Shown piece by piece: positions 36,901 to 51,900 of a DNA stretch of 64,000 bases. Both the position numbers and the translations under genes were made by a program. The notes under the pieces were generated by a model that was not told the origin of the DNA, made no database searches, and was given only the letters and a program-made list of their open reading frames with translations. The stretch is from Eledone cirrhosa (lineage: Eukaryota): contig CAXHJY010001547.1 of assembly GCA_964016885.1 (NCBI GenBank), positions 111,342 through 175,341 of the forward strand. Direction: 5' to 3'. How positions within the stretch are numbered: the stretch's first letter is position 1; every line of letters begins with the position of its first letter.

Positions 36901-39900
36901 CATCATGAAGACGTTCCTGACTCAGTTTAGCTGTTGTATTAGTGTAGCTGCAAGGCTGGCCATCATGAAGACATTCCTGACTCAGTTTAGCTGTTGTATT
37001 AGTGTAGCTGCAAGGCTGGCCATCATGAAGACATTCCTGACTCTGTTTAGCTGTTGTATTACTGTAGCTGCAAGGTTGGCCATCATGAAGACATTCCTGA
37101 CTCTGTTTAGCTGTTGTATTAGTGTAGCTGCAAGGCTGGCCATCATGAAGACATTCCTGACTCTGTTTAGCTGTTGTATTAGTGTAGCTGCAAGGTTGGC
37201 CATCATGAAGATATTCCTGACTCTGTTTAGCTGTTGTATTAGTGTAGCTGCAAGGCTGGCCATCATGAAGACATTCCTGACTCTGTTTAGCTGTTGTATT
37301 AGTGTAGCTGCAAGGTTGGCCATCATGAAGACATTCCTGACTCTGTTTAGCTGTTGTATTAGTGTAGCTGCAAGGTTGGCCATCATGAAGACATTCCTGA
37401 CTCTGTTTAGCTGTTGTATTAGTGTAGCTGCAAGGCTGGCCATCATGAAGACATTCCTGACTCAGTTTAGCTGTTGTATTAGTGTAGCTGCAAGGCTGGC
37501 CATCATGAAGACATTCCTGACTCAGTTTAGCTGTTGTATTAGTGTAGCTGCAAGGCTGGCCATCATGAAGACATTCCTGACTCAGTTTAGCTGTTGTATT
37601 AGTGTAGCTGCAAGGCTGGCCATCATGAAGACATTCCTGACTCTGTTTAGCTGTTGTATTACTGTAGCTGCAAGGTTGGCCATCATGAAGACATTCCTGA
37701 CTCTGTTTAGCTGTTGTATTAGTGTAGCTGCAAGGCTGGCCATCATGAAGACATTCCTGACTCTGTTTAGCTGTTGTATTAGTGTAGCTGCAAGGCTGGC
37801 CATCATGAAGACATTCCTGACTCTGTTTAGCTGTTGTATTAGTGTAGCTGCAAGGTTGGCCATCATGAAGACATTCCTGACTCTGTTTAGCTGTTGTATT
37901 AGTGTAGCTGCAAGGTTGGCCATCATGAAGACATTCCTGACTCTGTTTAGCTGTTGTATTAGTGTTGCTGCAAGGCTGGCCATCATGAAGACATTCCTGA
38001 CTCTGTTTAGCTGTTGTATTAGTGTAGCTGCAAAGTTGGCAATCATGAAGACATTCCTGACTCTGTTTTGCTGTTGTATTAGTGTAGCTGCAAGGTTGGC
38101 CATCATCAAGACATTCCTGACTCTGTTTAACTGTTGTATTAGTGTAGCTGCAAGGCTGGCCACCATGAAGACATTCCTGACTCTGTTTAGCTGTTGTATT
38201 AGTGTAGCTGCAAGGTTGGCCATCATGAAGACATTCCTGACTCTGTTTAGCTGTTGTATTAGTGTAGCTGCAAGGTTGGCCATCATGAAGACATTCCTGA
38301 CTCTGTTTAGCTGTTGTATTAGTGTACCTGCAAGGTTGGCCATCATGAAGACATTCCTGACTCTGTTTAGCTGTTGTATTAGTGTAGCTGCAAGGCTGGC
38401 CATCATGAAGACATTCCTGACTCTGTTTAGCTGTTGTATTAGTGTAGCTGAAGGTTGGCCATCATGAAGACATTCCTGACTCTGTTTAGCTGTTGTATTA
38501 GTGTAGCCGCAAAGTTGGCCATCATGAAGACATTCCTGACTCAGTTTAACTGTTGTATTAGTGTAGCTGCAAGGCTGGCCATCATGAAGACATTCCTGAC
38601 TCAGTTTAGCTGTTGTATTAGTGTAGCTGCAAGGCTGGCCATCATGAAGACGTTCCTGACTCAGTTTAGCTGTTGTATTAGTGTAGCTGCAAGGCTGGCC
38701 ATCATGAAGACATTCCTGACTCAGTTTAGCTGTTGTATTAGTGTAGCTGCAAGGCTGGCCATCATGAAGACATTCCTGACTCTGTTTAGCTGTTGTATTA
38801 CTGTAGCTGCAAGGTTGGCCATCATGAAGACATTCCTGACTCTGTTTAGCTGTTGTATTAGTGTAGCTGCAAGGCTGGCCATCATGAAGACATTCCTGAC
38901 TCTGTTTAGCTGTTGTATTAGTGTAGCTGCAAGGTTGGCCATCATGAAGATATTCCTGACTCTGTTTAGCTGTTGTATTAGTGTAGCTGCAAGGCTGGCC
39001 ATCATGAAGACATTCCTGACTCTGTTTAGCTGTTGTATTAGTGTAGCTGCAAGGTTGGCCATCATGAAGACATTCCTGACTCTGTTTAGCTGTTGTATTA
39101 GTGTAGCTGCAAGGCTGGCCATCATGAAGACATTCCTGACTCAGTTTAGCTGTTGTATTAGTGTAGCTGCAAGGCTGGCCATCATGAAGACATTCCTGAC
39201 TCAGTTTAGCTGTTGTATTAGTGTAGCTGCAAGGCTGGCCATCATGAAGACATTCCTGACTCTGTTTAGCTGTTGTATTACTGTAGCTGCAAGGTTGGCC
39301 ATCATGAAGACATTCCTGACTCTGTTTAGCTGTTGTATTAGTGTAGCTGCAAGGCTGGCCATCATGAAGACATTCCTGACTCTGTTTAGCTGTTGTATTA
39401 GTGTAGCTGCAAGGCTGGCCATCATGAAGACATTCCTGACTCTGTTTAGCTGTTGTATTAGTGTAGCTGCAAGGTTGGCCATCATGAAGACATTCCTGAC
39501 TCTGTTTAGCTGTTGTATTAGTGTAGCTGCAAGGTTGGCCATCATGAAGACATTCCTGACTCTGTTTAGCTGTTGTATTAGTGTTGCTGCAAGGCTGGCC
39601 ATCATGAAGACATTCCTGACTCTGTTTAGCTGTTGTATTAGTGTAGCTGCAAAGTTGGCAATCATGAAGACATTCCTGACTCTGTTTTGCTGTTGTATTA
39701 GTGTAGCTGCAAGGTTGGCCATCATCAAGACATTCCTGACTCTGTTTAACTGTTGTATTAGTGTAGCTGCAAGGCTGGCCACCATGAAGACATTCCTGAC
39801 TCTGTTTAGCTGTTGTATTAGTGTAGCTGCAAGGTTGGCCATCATGAAGACATTCCTGACTCTGTTTAGCTGTTGTATTAGTGTAGCTGCAAGGTTGGCC

Positions 39901-42900
39901 ATCATGAAGACATTCCTGACTCTGTTTAGCTGTTGTATTAGTGTACCTGCAAGGTTGGCCATCATGAAGACATTCCTGACTCTGTTTAGCTGTTGTATTA
40001 GTGTAGCTGCAAGGCTGGCCATCATGAAGACATTCCTGACTCTGTTTAGCTGTTGTATTAGTGTAGCTGAAGGTTGGCCATCATGAAGACATTCCTGACT
40101 CTGTTTAGCTGTTGTATTAGTGTAGCCGCAAAGTTGGCCATCATGAAGACATTCCTGACTCAGTTTAACTGTTGTATTAGTGTAGCTGCAAGGCTGGCCA
40201 TCATGAAGACATTCCTGACTCAGTTTAGCTGTTGTATTAGTGTAGCTGCAAGGCTGGCCATCATGAAGACGTTCCTGACTCAGTTTAGCTGTTGTATTAG
40301 TGTAGCTGCAAGGCTGGCCATCATGAAGACATTCCTGACTCAGTTTAGCTGTTGTATTAGTGTAGCTGCAAGGCTGGCCATCATGAAGACATTCCTGACT
40401 CTGTTTAGCTGTTGTATTACTGTAGCTGCAAGGTTGGCCATCATGAAGACATTCCTGACTCTGTTTAGCTGTTGTATTAGTGTAGCTGCAAGGCTGGCCA
40501 TCATGAAGACATTCCTGACTCTGTTTAGCTGTTGTATTAGTGTAGCTGCAAGGTTGGCCATCATGAAGATATTCCTGACTCTGTTTAGCTGTTGTATTAG
40601 TGTAGCTGCAAGGCTGGCCATCATGAAGACATTCCTGACTCTGTTTAGCTGTTGTATTAGTGTAGCTGCAAGGTTGGCCATCATGAAGACATTCCTGACT
40701 CTGTTTAGCTGTTGTATTAGTGTAGCTGCAAGGTTGGCCATCATGAAGACATTCCTGACTCTGTTTAGCTGTTGTATTAGTGTAGCTGCAAGGCTGGCCA
40801 TCATGAAGACATTCCTGACTCAGTTTAGCTGTTGTATTAGTGTAGCTGCAAGGCTGGCCATCATGAAGACATTCCTGACTCAGTTTAGCTGTTGTATTAG
40901 TGTAGCTGCAAGGCTGGCCATCATGAAGACATTCCTGACTCAGTTTAGCTGTTGTATTAGTGTAGCTGCAAGGCTGGCCATCATGAAGACATTCCTGACT
41001 CTGTTTAGCTGTTGTATTACTGTAGCTGCAAGGTTGGCCATCATGAAGACATTCCTGACTCTGTTTAGCTGTTGTATTAGTGTAGCTGCAAGGCTGGCCA
41101 TCATGAAGACATTCCTGACTCTGTTTAGCTGTTGTATTAGTGTAGCTGCAAGGCTGGCCATCATGAAGACATTCCTGACTCTGTTTAGCTGTTGTATTAG
41201 TGTAGCTGCAAGGTTGGCCATCATGAAGACATTCCTGACTCTGTTTAGCTGTTGTATTAGTGTAGCTGCAAGGTTGGCCATCATGAAGACATTCCTGACT
41301 CTGTTTAGCTGTTGTATTAGTGTTGCTGCAAGGCTGGCCATCATGAAGACATTCCTGACTCTGTTTAGCTGTTGTATTAGTGTAGCTGCAAAGTTGGCAA
41401 TCATGAAGACATTCCTGACTCTGTTTTGCTGTTGTATTAGTGTAGCTGCAAGGTTGGCCATCATCAAGACATTCCTGACTCTGTTTAACTGTTGTATTAG
41501 TGTAGCTGCAAGGCTGGCCACCATGAAGACATTCCTGACTCTGTTTAGCTGTTGTATTAGTGTAGCTGCAAGGTTGGCCATCATGAAGACATTCCTGACT
41601 CTGTTTAGCTGTTGTATTAGTGTAGCTGCAAGGCTGGCCATCATGAAGACATTCCTGACTCTGTTTAGCTGTTGTATTAGTGTAGCTGCAAGGTTGGCCA
41701 TCATGAAGACATTCCTGACTCTGTTTAGCTGTTGTATGAGTGTAGCTGCAAGGCTGGCCATCGTGAAGACATTCCTGACTCTGTTTAGCTGTTGTATTAG
41801 TGTAGCTGCAAGGCTTGCCATCATGAAGACATTCCTGACTCTGTTTAGCTGTTGTATTAGTGTAACTGCAAGGCTTGCCATCATGAAGATATTCCTGACT
41901 CTGTTTAGCTGTTGTATTAGTGTAGCTGCAAGGCTGGCCATCATGAAGACATTCCTGACTCAGTTTAGCTGTTGTATTAGTGTAGCTGAAAGGCTGGCCA
42001 TCATGAAGACATTTCTGATTCTGTTTAGCTGTTGTATTAGTGTAGCTGCAAGGTTGGCCATCATGAAGACATTCCTGACTCTGTTTAGCTGTTGTATTAG
42101 TGTAGCTGCAAGGCTGGCCATCATGAAGACATTCCTGACTCTGTTTAGCTGTTGTATTAGTGTAGCTGCAAGGCTGGCCATCATGAAGACATTCCTGACT
42201 CTGTTTAGCTTTTGTATTAGTGTAGCTGCAAGGCTGGCCATCATGAAGACATTCCTGACTCTGTTTAGCTGTTGTATTAGTGTAGCTGCAAGGTTGGCCA
42301 TCATGAAGACATTCCTGACTCTGTTTAGCTGTTGTATTAGTGTAGCTGCAAGGCTGGCCATCATGAAGACATTCCTGACTCTGTTTAGCTGTTGTATTAG
42401 TGTAGCTGCAAGGTTGGCCATCATGAAGACATTCCTGACTCTGTTTAGCTGTTGTATTAGTGTAGCTGCAAGTCTTGCCATCATGAAAACATTCCTGACT
42501 CTGTTTAGCTGTTGTATTAGTGTAGCTGCAAGGCTGGCCATCATGAAGACATTCCTGACTCAGTTTAGCTGTTGTATTAGTGTAGCTGCAAGGCTGTCCA
42601 TCATGAAGACATTCCTGACTCAGTTTAGCTGTTGTATTAGTGTAGCTGCAAGGCTGGCCATCATGAAGACATTCCTGACTCTGTTTAGCTGTTGTATTAG
42701 TGTAGCTGCAAGGCTGGCCATCATGAAGACATTCCTGACTCTGTTTAGCTGTTGTATTAGTGTAGCTGCAAGGTTGGCCATCATGAAGACATTCCTGACT
42801 CTGTTTAGCTGTTGTATTAGTGTAGCTGCAAGGTTGGCCATCATGAAGACATTCCTGACTCTGTTTAGCTGTTGTATTAGTGTACCTGCAAGGTTGGCCA

Positions 42901-45900
42901 TCATGAAGACATTCCTGACTCTGTTTAGCTGTTGTATTAGTGTAGCTGCAAGGCTGGCCATCATGAAGACATTCCTGACTCTGTTTAGCTGTTGTATTAG
43001 TGTAGCTGAAGGTTGGCCATCATGAAGACATTCCTGACTCTGTTTAGCTGTTGTATTAGTGTAGCCGCAAAGTTGGCCATCATGAAGACATTCCTGACTC
43101 AGTTTAACTGTTGTATTAGTGTAGCTGCAAGGCTGGCCATCATGAAGACATTCCTGACTCAGTTTAGCTGTTGTATTAGTGTAGCTGCAAGGCTGGCCAT
43201 CATGAAGACGTTCCTGACTCAGTTTAGCTGTTGTATTAGTGTAGCTGCAAGGCTGGCCATCATGAAGACATTCCTGACTCAGTTTAGCTGTTGTATTAGT
43301 GTAGCTGCAAGGCTGGCCATCATGAAGACATTCCTGACTCTGTTTAGCTGTTGTATTACTGTAGCTGCAAGGTTGGCCATCATGAAGACATTCCTGACTC
43401 TGTTTAGCTGTTGTATTAGTGTAGCTGCAAGGCTGGCCATCATGAAGACATTCCTGACTCTGTTTAGCTGTTGTATTAGTGTAGCTGCAAGGTTGGCCAT
43501 CATGAAGATATTCCTGACTCTGTTTAGCTGTTGTATTAGTGTAGCTGCAAGGCTGGCCATCATGAAGACATTCCTGACTCTGTTTAGCTGTTGTATTAGT
43601 GTAGCTGCAAGGTTGGCCATCATGAAGACATTCCTGACTCTGTTTAGCTGTTGTATTAGTGTAGCTGCAAGGTTGGCCATCATGAAGACATTCCTGACTC
43701 TGTTTAGCTGTTGTATTAGTGTAGCTGCAAGGCTGGCCATCATGAAGACATTCCTGACTCAGTTTAGCTGTTGTATTAGTGTAGCTGCAAGGCTGGCCAT
43801 CATGAAGACATTCCTGACTCAGTTTAGCTGTTGTATTAGTGTAGCTGCAAGGCTGGCCATCATGAAGACATTCCTGACTCAGTTTAGCTGTTGTATTAGT
43901 GTAGCTGCAAGGCTGGCCATCATGAAGACATTCCTGACTCTGTTTAGCTGTTGTATTACTGTAGCTGCAAGGTTGGCCATCATGAAGACATTCCTGACTC
44001 TGTTTAGCTGTTGTATTAGTGTAGCTGCAAGGCTGGCCATCATGAAGACATTCCTGACTCTGTTTAGCTGTTGTATTAGTGTAGCTGCAAGGCTGGCCAT
44101 CATGAAGACATTCCTGACTCTGTTTAGCTGTTGTATTAGTGTAGCTGCAAGGTTGGCCATCATGAAGACATTCCTGACTCTGTTTAGCTGTTGTATTAGT
44201 GTAGCTGCAAGGTTGGCCATCATGAAGACATTCCTGACTCTGTTTAGCTGTTGTATTAGTGTTGCTGCAAGGCTGGCCATCATGAAGACATTCCTGACTC
44301 TGTTTAGCTGTTGTATTAGTGTAGCTGCAAAGTTGGCAATCATGAAGACATTCCTGACTCTGTTTTGCTGTTGTATTAGTGTAGCTGCAAGGTTGGCCAT
44401 CATCAAGACATTCCTGACTCTGTTTAACTGTTGTATTAGTGTAGCTGCAAGGCTGGCCACCATGAAGACATTCCTGACTCTGTTTAGCTGTTGTATTAGT
44501 GTAGCTGCAAGGTTGGCCATCATGAAGACATTCCTGACTCTGTTTAGCTGTTGTATTAGTGTAGCTGCAAGGCTGGCCATCATGAAGACATTCCTGACTC
44601 TGTTTAGCTGTTGTATTAGTGTAGCTGCAAGGTTGGCCATCATGAAGACATTCCTGACTCTGTTTAGCTGTTGTATGAGTGTAGCTGCAAGGCTGGCCAT
44701 CGTGAAGACATTCCTGACTCTGTTTAGCTGTTGTATTAGTGTAGCTGCAAGGCTTGCCATCATGAAGACATTCCTGACTCTGTTTAGCTGTTGTATTAGT
44801 GTAACTGCAAGGCTTGCCATCATGAAGATATTCCTGACTCTGTTTAGCTGTTGTATTAGTGTAGCTGCAAGGCTGGCCATCATGAAGACATTCCTGACTC
44901 AGTTTAACTGTTGTATTAGTGTAGCTGAAAGGCTGGCCATCATGAAGACATTTCTGATTCTGTTTAGCTGTTGTATTAGTGTAGCTGCAAGGTTGGCCAT
45001 CATGAAGACATTCCTGACTCTGTTTAGCTGTTGTATTAGTGTAGCTGCAAGGCTGGCCATCATGAAGACATTCCTGACTCTGTTTAGCTGTTGTATTAGT
45101 GTAGCTGCAAGGCTGGCCATCATGAAGACATTCCTGACTCTGTTTAGCTTTTGTATTAGTGTAGCTGCAAGGCTGGCCATCATGAAGACATTCCTGACTC
45201 TGTTTAGCTGTTGTATTAGTGTAGCTGCAAGGTTGGCAATCATGAAGACATTCCTGACTCTGTTTAGCTGTTGTATTAGTGTAGCTGCAAGGTTGGCCAT
45301 CATGAAGACATTCCTGACTCTGTTTAGCTGTTGTTTTAGTGTAGCTGCAAGGCTGGCCATCATGAAGACATTCCTAAACTCTGTTTAGCTGTTGTATTAG
45401 TGTAGCTGCAAGGTTGGCCATCATGAAGACATTCCTGACTCTGTTTAGCTGTTGTATTAGTGTAGCTGCAAGGTTGGCCATCATGAAGACATTCCTGACT
45501 CTGTTTAGCTGTTGTATTAGTGTAGCTGCAAGTCTTGCCATCATGAAAACATTCCTGACTCTGTTTAGCTGTTGTATTAGTGTAGCTGCAAGGCTGGCCA
45601 TCATGAAGACATTCCTGACTCAGTTTAGCTGTTGTATTAGTGTAGCTGCAAGTCTTGCCATCATGAAAACATTCCTGACTCTGTTTAGCTGTTGTATTAG
45701 TGTAGCTGCAAGGCTGGCCATAATGAAGACATTCCTGACTCAGTTTAGCTGTTGTATTAGTGTAGCTGCAAGGCTGTCCATCATGAAGACATTCCTGACT
45801 CAGTTTAGCTGTTGTATTAGTGTAGCTGCAAGGCTGGCCATCATGAAGACATTCCTGACTCTGTTTAGCTGTTGTATTAGTGTAGCTGCAAGGCTGGCCA

Positions 45901-48900
45901 TCATGAAGACATTCCTGACTCTGTTTAGCTGTTGTATTAGTGTAGCTGCAAGGTTGGCCATCATGAAGACATTCCTGACTCTGTTTAGCTGTTGTATTAG
46001 TGTAGCTGCAAGGTTGGCCACCATGAAGACATTCCTGACTCTGTTTAGCTGTTGTATTAGTGTACCTGCAAGGTTGGCCATCATGAAGACATTCCTGACT
46101 CTGTTTAGCTGTTGTATTAGTGTAGCTGCAAGGCTGGCCATCATGAAGACATTCCTGACTCTGTTTAGCTGTTGTATTAGTGTAGCTGAAGGTTGGCCAT
46201 CATGAAGACATTCCTGACTCTGTTTAGCTGTTGTATTAGTGTAGCCGCAAAGTTGGCCATCATGAAGACATTCCTGACTCAGTTTAGCTGTTGTATTAGT
46301 GTAGCTGCAAGGCTGGCCATCATGAAGACATTCCTGACTCAGTTTAGCTGTTGTATTAGTGTAGCTGCAAGGCTGGCCATCATGAAGACATTCCTGACTC
46401 AGTTTAGCTGTTGTATTAGTGTAGCTGCAAGGCTGGCCATCATGAAGACATTCCTGACTCTGTTTAGCTGTTGTATTACTGTAGCTGCAAGGTTGGCCAT
46501 CATGAAGACATTCCTGACTCTGTTTAGCTGTTGTATTAGTGTAGCTGCAAGGCTGGCCATCATGAAGACATTCCTGACTCTGTTTAGCTGTTGTATTAGT
46601 GTAGCTGCAAGGTTGGCCATCATGAAGACATTCCTGACTCTGTTTAGCTGTTGTATTAGTGTAGCTGCAAGGCTGGCCATCATGAAGACATTCCTGACTC
46701 TGTTTAGCTGTTGTATTAGTGTAGCTGCAAGGTTGGCCATCATGAAGACATTCCTGACTCTGTTTAGCTGTTGTATTAGTGTAGCTGCAAGGTTGGCCAT
46801 CATGAAGACATTCCTGACTCTGTTTAGCTGTTGTATTAGTGTAGCTGCAAGGCTGGCCATCATGAAGACATTCCTGACTCAGTTTAGCTGTTGTATTAGT
46901 GTAGCTGCAAGGCTGGCCATCATGAAGACATTCCTGACTCAGTTTAGCTGTTGTATTAGTGTAGCTGCAAGGCTGGCCATCATGAAGACATTCCTGACTC
47001 AGTTTAGCTGTTGTATTAGTGTAGCTGCAAGGCTGGCCATCATGAAGACATTCCTGACTCTGTTTAGCTGTTGTATTACTGTAGCTGCAAGGTTGGCCAT
47101 CATGAAGACATTCCTGACTCTGTTTAGCTGTTGTATTAGTGTAGCTGCAAGGATGGCCATCATGAAGACATTCCTGACTCTGTTTAGCTGTTGCATTAGT
47201 GTAGCTGCAAGGTTGGCAATCATGAAGACATTCCTGACTCTGTTTAGCTGTTGTATTAGTGTAGCTGCAAGCCTGGCCATCATGAAGACATTCCTGACTC
47301 TGTTTAGCTGTTGTATTAGTGTAGCTGAAGGTTGGCCATCATGAAGACATTCCTGACTCTGTTTAGCTGTTGTATTAGTGTAGCTGCAAGGTTGGCCATC
47401 ATGAAGACATTCCTGACTCAGTTTAGCTGTTGTATTAGTGTAGCTGCAAGGCTGGCCATCATGAAGACATTCCTGACTCAGTTTAGCTGTTGTATTAGTG
47501 TAGCTGCAAGGCTGGCCATCATGAAGACACTCCTGACTCAGTTTAGCTGTTGTATTAGTGTAGCTGCAAGGCTGGCCATCATGAAGACATTCCTGACTCA
47601 GTTTAGCTGTTGTATTAGTGTAGCTGCAAGGCTGGCCATCATGAAGACATTCCTGACTCTGTTTAGCTGTTGTATTAGTGTAGCTGCAAGGCTGGCCATC
47701 ATGAAGACATTCCTGACTCTGTTTAGCTGTGGTATTAGTGTAGCTGCAAGGTTGGCCATCATGAAGACATTCCTGACTCTGTTTAGCTGTTGTATTAGTG
47801 TAGCTGAAGGTTGGCCATCATGAAGACATTCCTGACTCTGTTTAGCTGTTGTATTAGTGTAGCTGCAAGGTTGGCCATCATGAAGACATTCCTGACTCTG
47901 TTTAGCTGTTGTATTAGTGTAGCTGCAAGGTTGGCCATCATGAAGACATTCCTGACTCTGTTTAGCTGTTGTATTAGTGTAGCTGCAAGGTTGGCCATCA
48001 TGAAGACATTCCTGACTCTGTTTAGCTGTTGCATTAGTGTAGCTGCAAGGTTGGCCATCATGAAGACATTCCTGACTCTGTTTAGCTGTTGTATTAGTGT
48101 AGCTGCAAGGTTGGCCATCATGAAGACATTCCTGACTCTGTTTAGCTGTTGTATTAGTGTAGCTGCAAGGCTGGCCATCATGAAGACATTCCTGACTCTG
48201 TTTAGCTGTTGTATTAGTGTAGCTGCAAGGTTGGCCATCATGAAGACATTCCTGACTCTGTTTAGCTGTTGTATTAGTGTAGCTGCAAGGTTGGCCATCA
48301 TGAAGACATTCCTGACTCAGTTTAGCTGTTGTATTAGTGTAGCTGCAAGGCTGGCCATCATGAAGACATTTCTGACTCAGTTTAGCTGTTGTATTAGTGT
48401 AGCTGCAAGGCTGGCCATCATGAAGACATTCCTGACTCAGTTTAGCTGTTGTATTAGTGTAGCTGCAAGGCTGGCCATCATGAAGACATTCCTGACTCAG
48501 TTTAGCTGTTGTATTAGTGTAGCTGCAAGGCTGGCCATCATGAAGACATTCCTGACTCTGTTTAGCTGTTGTATTACTGTAGCTGCAAGGTTGGCCATCA
48601 TGAAGACATTCCTGACTCTGTTTAGCTGTTGTATTAGTGTAGCTGCAAGGCTGGCCATCATGAAGACATTCCTGACTCTATTTAGCTGTTGTATTAGTGT
48701 AGCTGCAAGGTTGGCCATCATGAAGACATTCCTGACTCTGTTTAGCTGTTGTATTAGTGTAGCTGCAAGGCTGGCCATCATGAAGACATTCCTGACTCTG
48801 TTTAGCTGTTGTATTAGTGTAGCTGCAAGGTTGGCCATCATGAAGACATTCCTGACTCTGTTTAGCTGTTGTATTAGTGTAGCTGCAAGGTTGGCCATCA

Positions 48901-51900
48901 TGAAGACATTCCTGACTCTGTTTAGCTGTTGTATTAGTGTAGCTGCAAGGCTGGCCATCATGAAGACATTCCTGACTCTGTTTAGCTGTTGTATTAGTGT
49001 AGCTGCAAGGCTTGCCATCATGAAGACATTCCTGACTCTGTTTAGCTGTTGTATGAGTGTAGCTGCAAGGCTGGCCATCATGAAGACATTCCTGACTCTG
49101 TTTAGCTGTTGTATTAGTGTAGCTGCAAGGCTTGCCATCATGAAGACATTCCTGACTCTGTTTAGCTGTTGTATTAGTGTAACTGCAAGGCTTGCCATCA
49201 TGAAGACATTCCTGACTCTGTTTAGCTGTTGTATTAGTGTAGCTGCAAGGCTGGCCATCATGAAGACATTCCTGACTCAGTTTAGCTGTTGTATTAGTGT
49301 AGCTGAAAGGCTGGCCATCATGAAGACATTTCTGATTCTGTTTAGCTGTTGTATTAGTGTAGCTGCAAGGTTGGCCATCATGAAGACATTCCTGACTCTG
49401 TTTAGCTGTTGTATTAGTGTAGCTGCAAGGCTGGCCATCATGAAGACATTCCTGACTCTGTTTAGCTGTTGTATTAGTGTAGCTGCAAGGCTGGCCATCA
49501 TGAAGACATTCCTGACTCTGTTTAGCTTTTGTATTAATGTAGCTGCAAGGCTGGCCATCATGAAGACATTCCTGACTCTGTTTAGCTGTTGTATTAGTGT
49601 AGCTGCAAGGTTGGCAATCATGAAGACATTCCTGACTCTGTTTAGCTGTTGTATTAGTGTAGCTGCAAGGTTGGCCATCATGAAGACATTCCTGACTCTG
49701 TTTAGCTGTTGTTTTAGTGTAGGTGCAAGGGTGGCCATCATGAAGACATTCCTAAACTCTGTTTAGCTGTTGTATTAGTGTAGCTGCAAGGTTGGCCATC
49801 ATGAAGACATTCCTGACTCTGTTTAGCTGTTGTATTAGTGTAGCTGCAAGGCTGGCCATCATGAAGACATTCCTGACTCAGTTTAGCTGTTGTATTAGTG
49901 TAGCTGCAAGGCTGGCCATCATGAAGACATTCCTGACTCAGTTTAGCTGTTGTATTAGTGTAGCTGCAAGGCTGGCCATCATGAAGACATTCCTGACTCT
50001 GTTTAGCTGTTGTATTACTGTAGCTGCAAGGTTGGCCATCATGAAGACATTCCTGACTCTGTTTAGCTGTTGTATTAGTGTAGCTGCAAGGCTGGCCATC
50101 ATGAAGACATTCCTGACTCTATTTAGCTGTTGTATTAGTGTAGCTGCAAGGTTGGCCATCATGAAGACATTCCTGACTCTGTTTAGCTGTTGTATTAGTG
50201 TAGCTGCAAGGCTGGCCATCATGAAGACATTCCTGACTCTGTTTAGCTGTTGTATTAGTGTAGCTGCAAGGTTGGCCATCATGAAGACATTCCTGACTCT
50301 GTTTAGCTGTTGTATTAGTGTAGCTGCAAGGTTGGCTATCATGAAGACATTCCTGACTCTGTTTAGCTGTTGTATTAGTGTAGCTGCAAGGCTGGCCATC
50401 ATGAAGACATTCCTGACTCTGTTTAGCTGTTGTATTAGTGTAGCTGCAAGGCTTGCCATCATGAAGACATTCCTGACTCTGTTTAGCTGTTGTATGAGTG
50501 TAGCTGCAAGGCTGGCCATCATGAAGACATTCCTGACTCTGTTTAGCTGTTGTATTAGTGTAGCTGCAAGGCTTGCCATCATGAAGACATTCCTGACTCT
50601 GTTTAGCTGTTGTATTAGTGTAACTGCAAGGCTTGCCATCATGAAGACATTCCTGACTCTGTTTAGCTGTTGTATTAGTGTAGCTGCAAGGCTGGCCATC
50701 ATGAAGACATTCCTGACTCAGTTTAGCTGTTGTATTAGTGTAGCTGAAAGGCTGGCCATCATGAAGACATTTCTGATTCTGTTTAGCTGTTGTATTAGTG
50801 TAGCTGCAAGGTTGGCCATCATGAAGACATTCCTGACTCTGTTTAGCTGTTGTATTAGTGTAGCTGCAAGGCTGGCCATCATGAAGACATTCCTGACTCT
50901 GTTTAGCTGTTGTATTAGTGTAGCTGCAAGGCTGGCCATCATGAAGACATTCCTGACTCTGTTTAGCTTTTGTATTAGTGTAGCTGCAAGGCTGGCCATC
51001 ATGAAGACATTCCTGACTCTGTTTAGCTGTTGTATTAGTGTAGCTGCAAGGTTGGCAATCATGAAGACATTCCTGACTCTGTTTAGCTGTTGTATTAGTG
51101 TAGCTGCAAGGTTGGCCATCATGAAGACATTCCTGACTCTGTTTAGCTGTTGTTTTAGTGTAGCTGCAAGGCTGGCCATCATGAAGACATTCCTAAACTC
51201 TGTTTAGCTGTTGTATTAGTGTAGCTGCAAGGTTGGCCATCATGAAGACATTCCTGACTCTGTTTAGCTGTTGTATTAGTGTAGCTGCAAGGCTGGCCAT
51301 CATGAAGACATTCCTGACTCTGTTTAGCTGTTGTATTAGTGTAGCTGCAAGGTTGGCCATCATGAAGACATTCCTGACTCTGTTTAGCTGTTGTATTAGT
51401 GTAGCTGCAAGTCTTGCCATCATGAAAACATTCCTGACTCTGTTTAGCTGTTGTATTAGTGTAGCTGCAAGGCTGGCCATCATGAAGACATTCCTGACTC
51501 AGTTTAGCTGTTGTATTAGTGTAGCTGCAAGGCTGTCCATCATGAAGACATTCCTGACTCAGTTTAGCTGTTGTATTAGTGTAGCTGCAAGGCTGGCCAT
51601 CATGAAGACATTCCTGACTCTGTTTAGCTGTTGTATTAGTGTAGCTGCAAGGCTGGCCATCATGAAGACATTCCTGACTCTGTTTAGCTGTTGTATTAGT
51701 GTAGCTGCAAGGTTGGCCATCATGAAGACATTCCTGACTCTGTTTAGCTGTTGTATTAGTGTAGCTGCAAGGTTGGCCATCATGAAGACATTCCTGACTC
51801 TGTTTAGCTGTTGTATTAGTGTACCTGCAAGGTTGGCCATCATGAAGACATTCCTGACTCTGTTTAGCTGTTGTATTAGTGTAGCTGCAAGGCTGGCCAT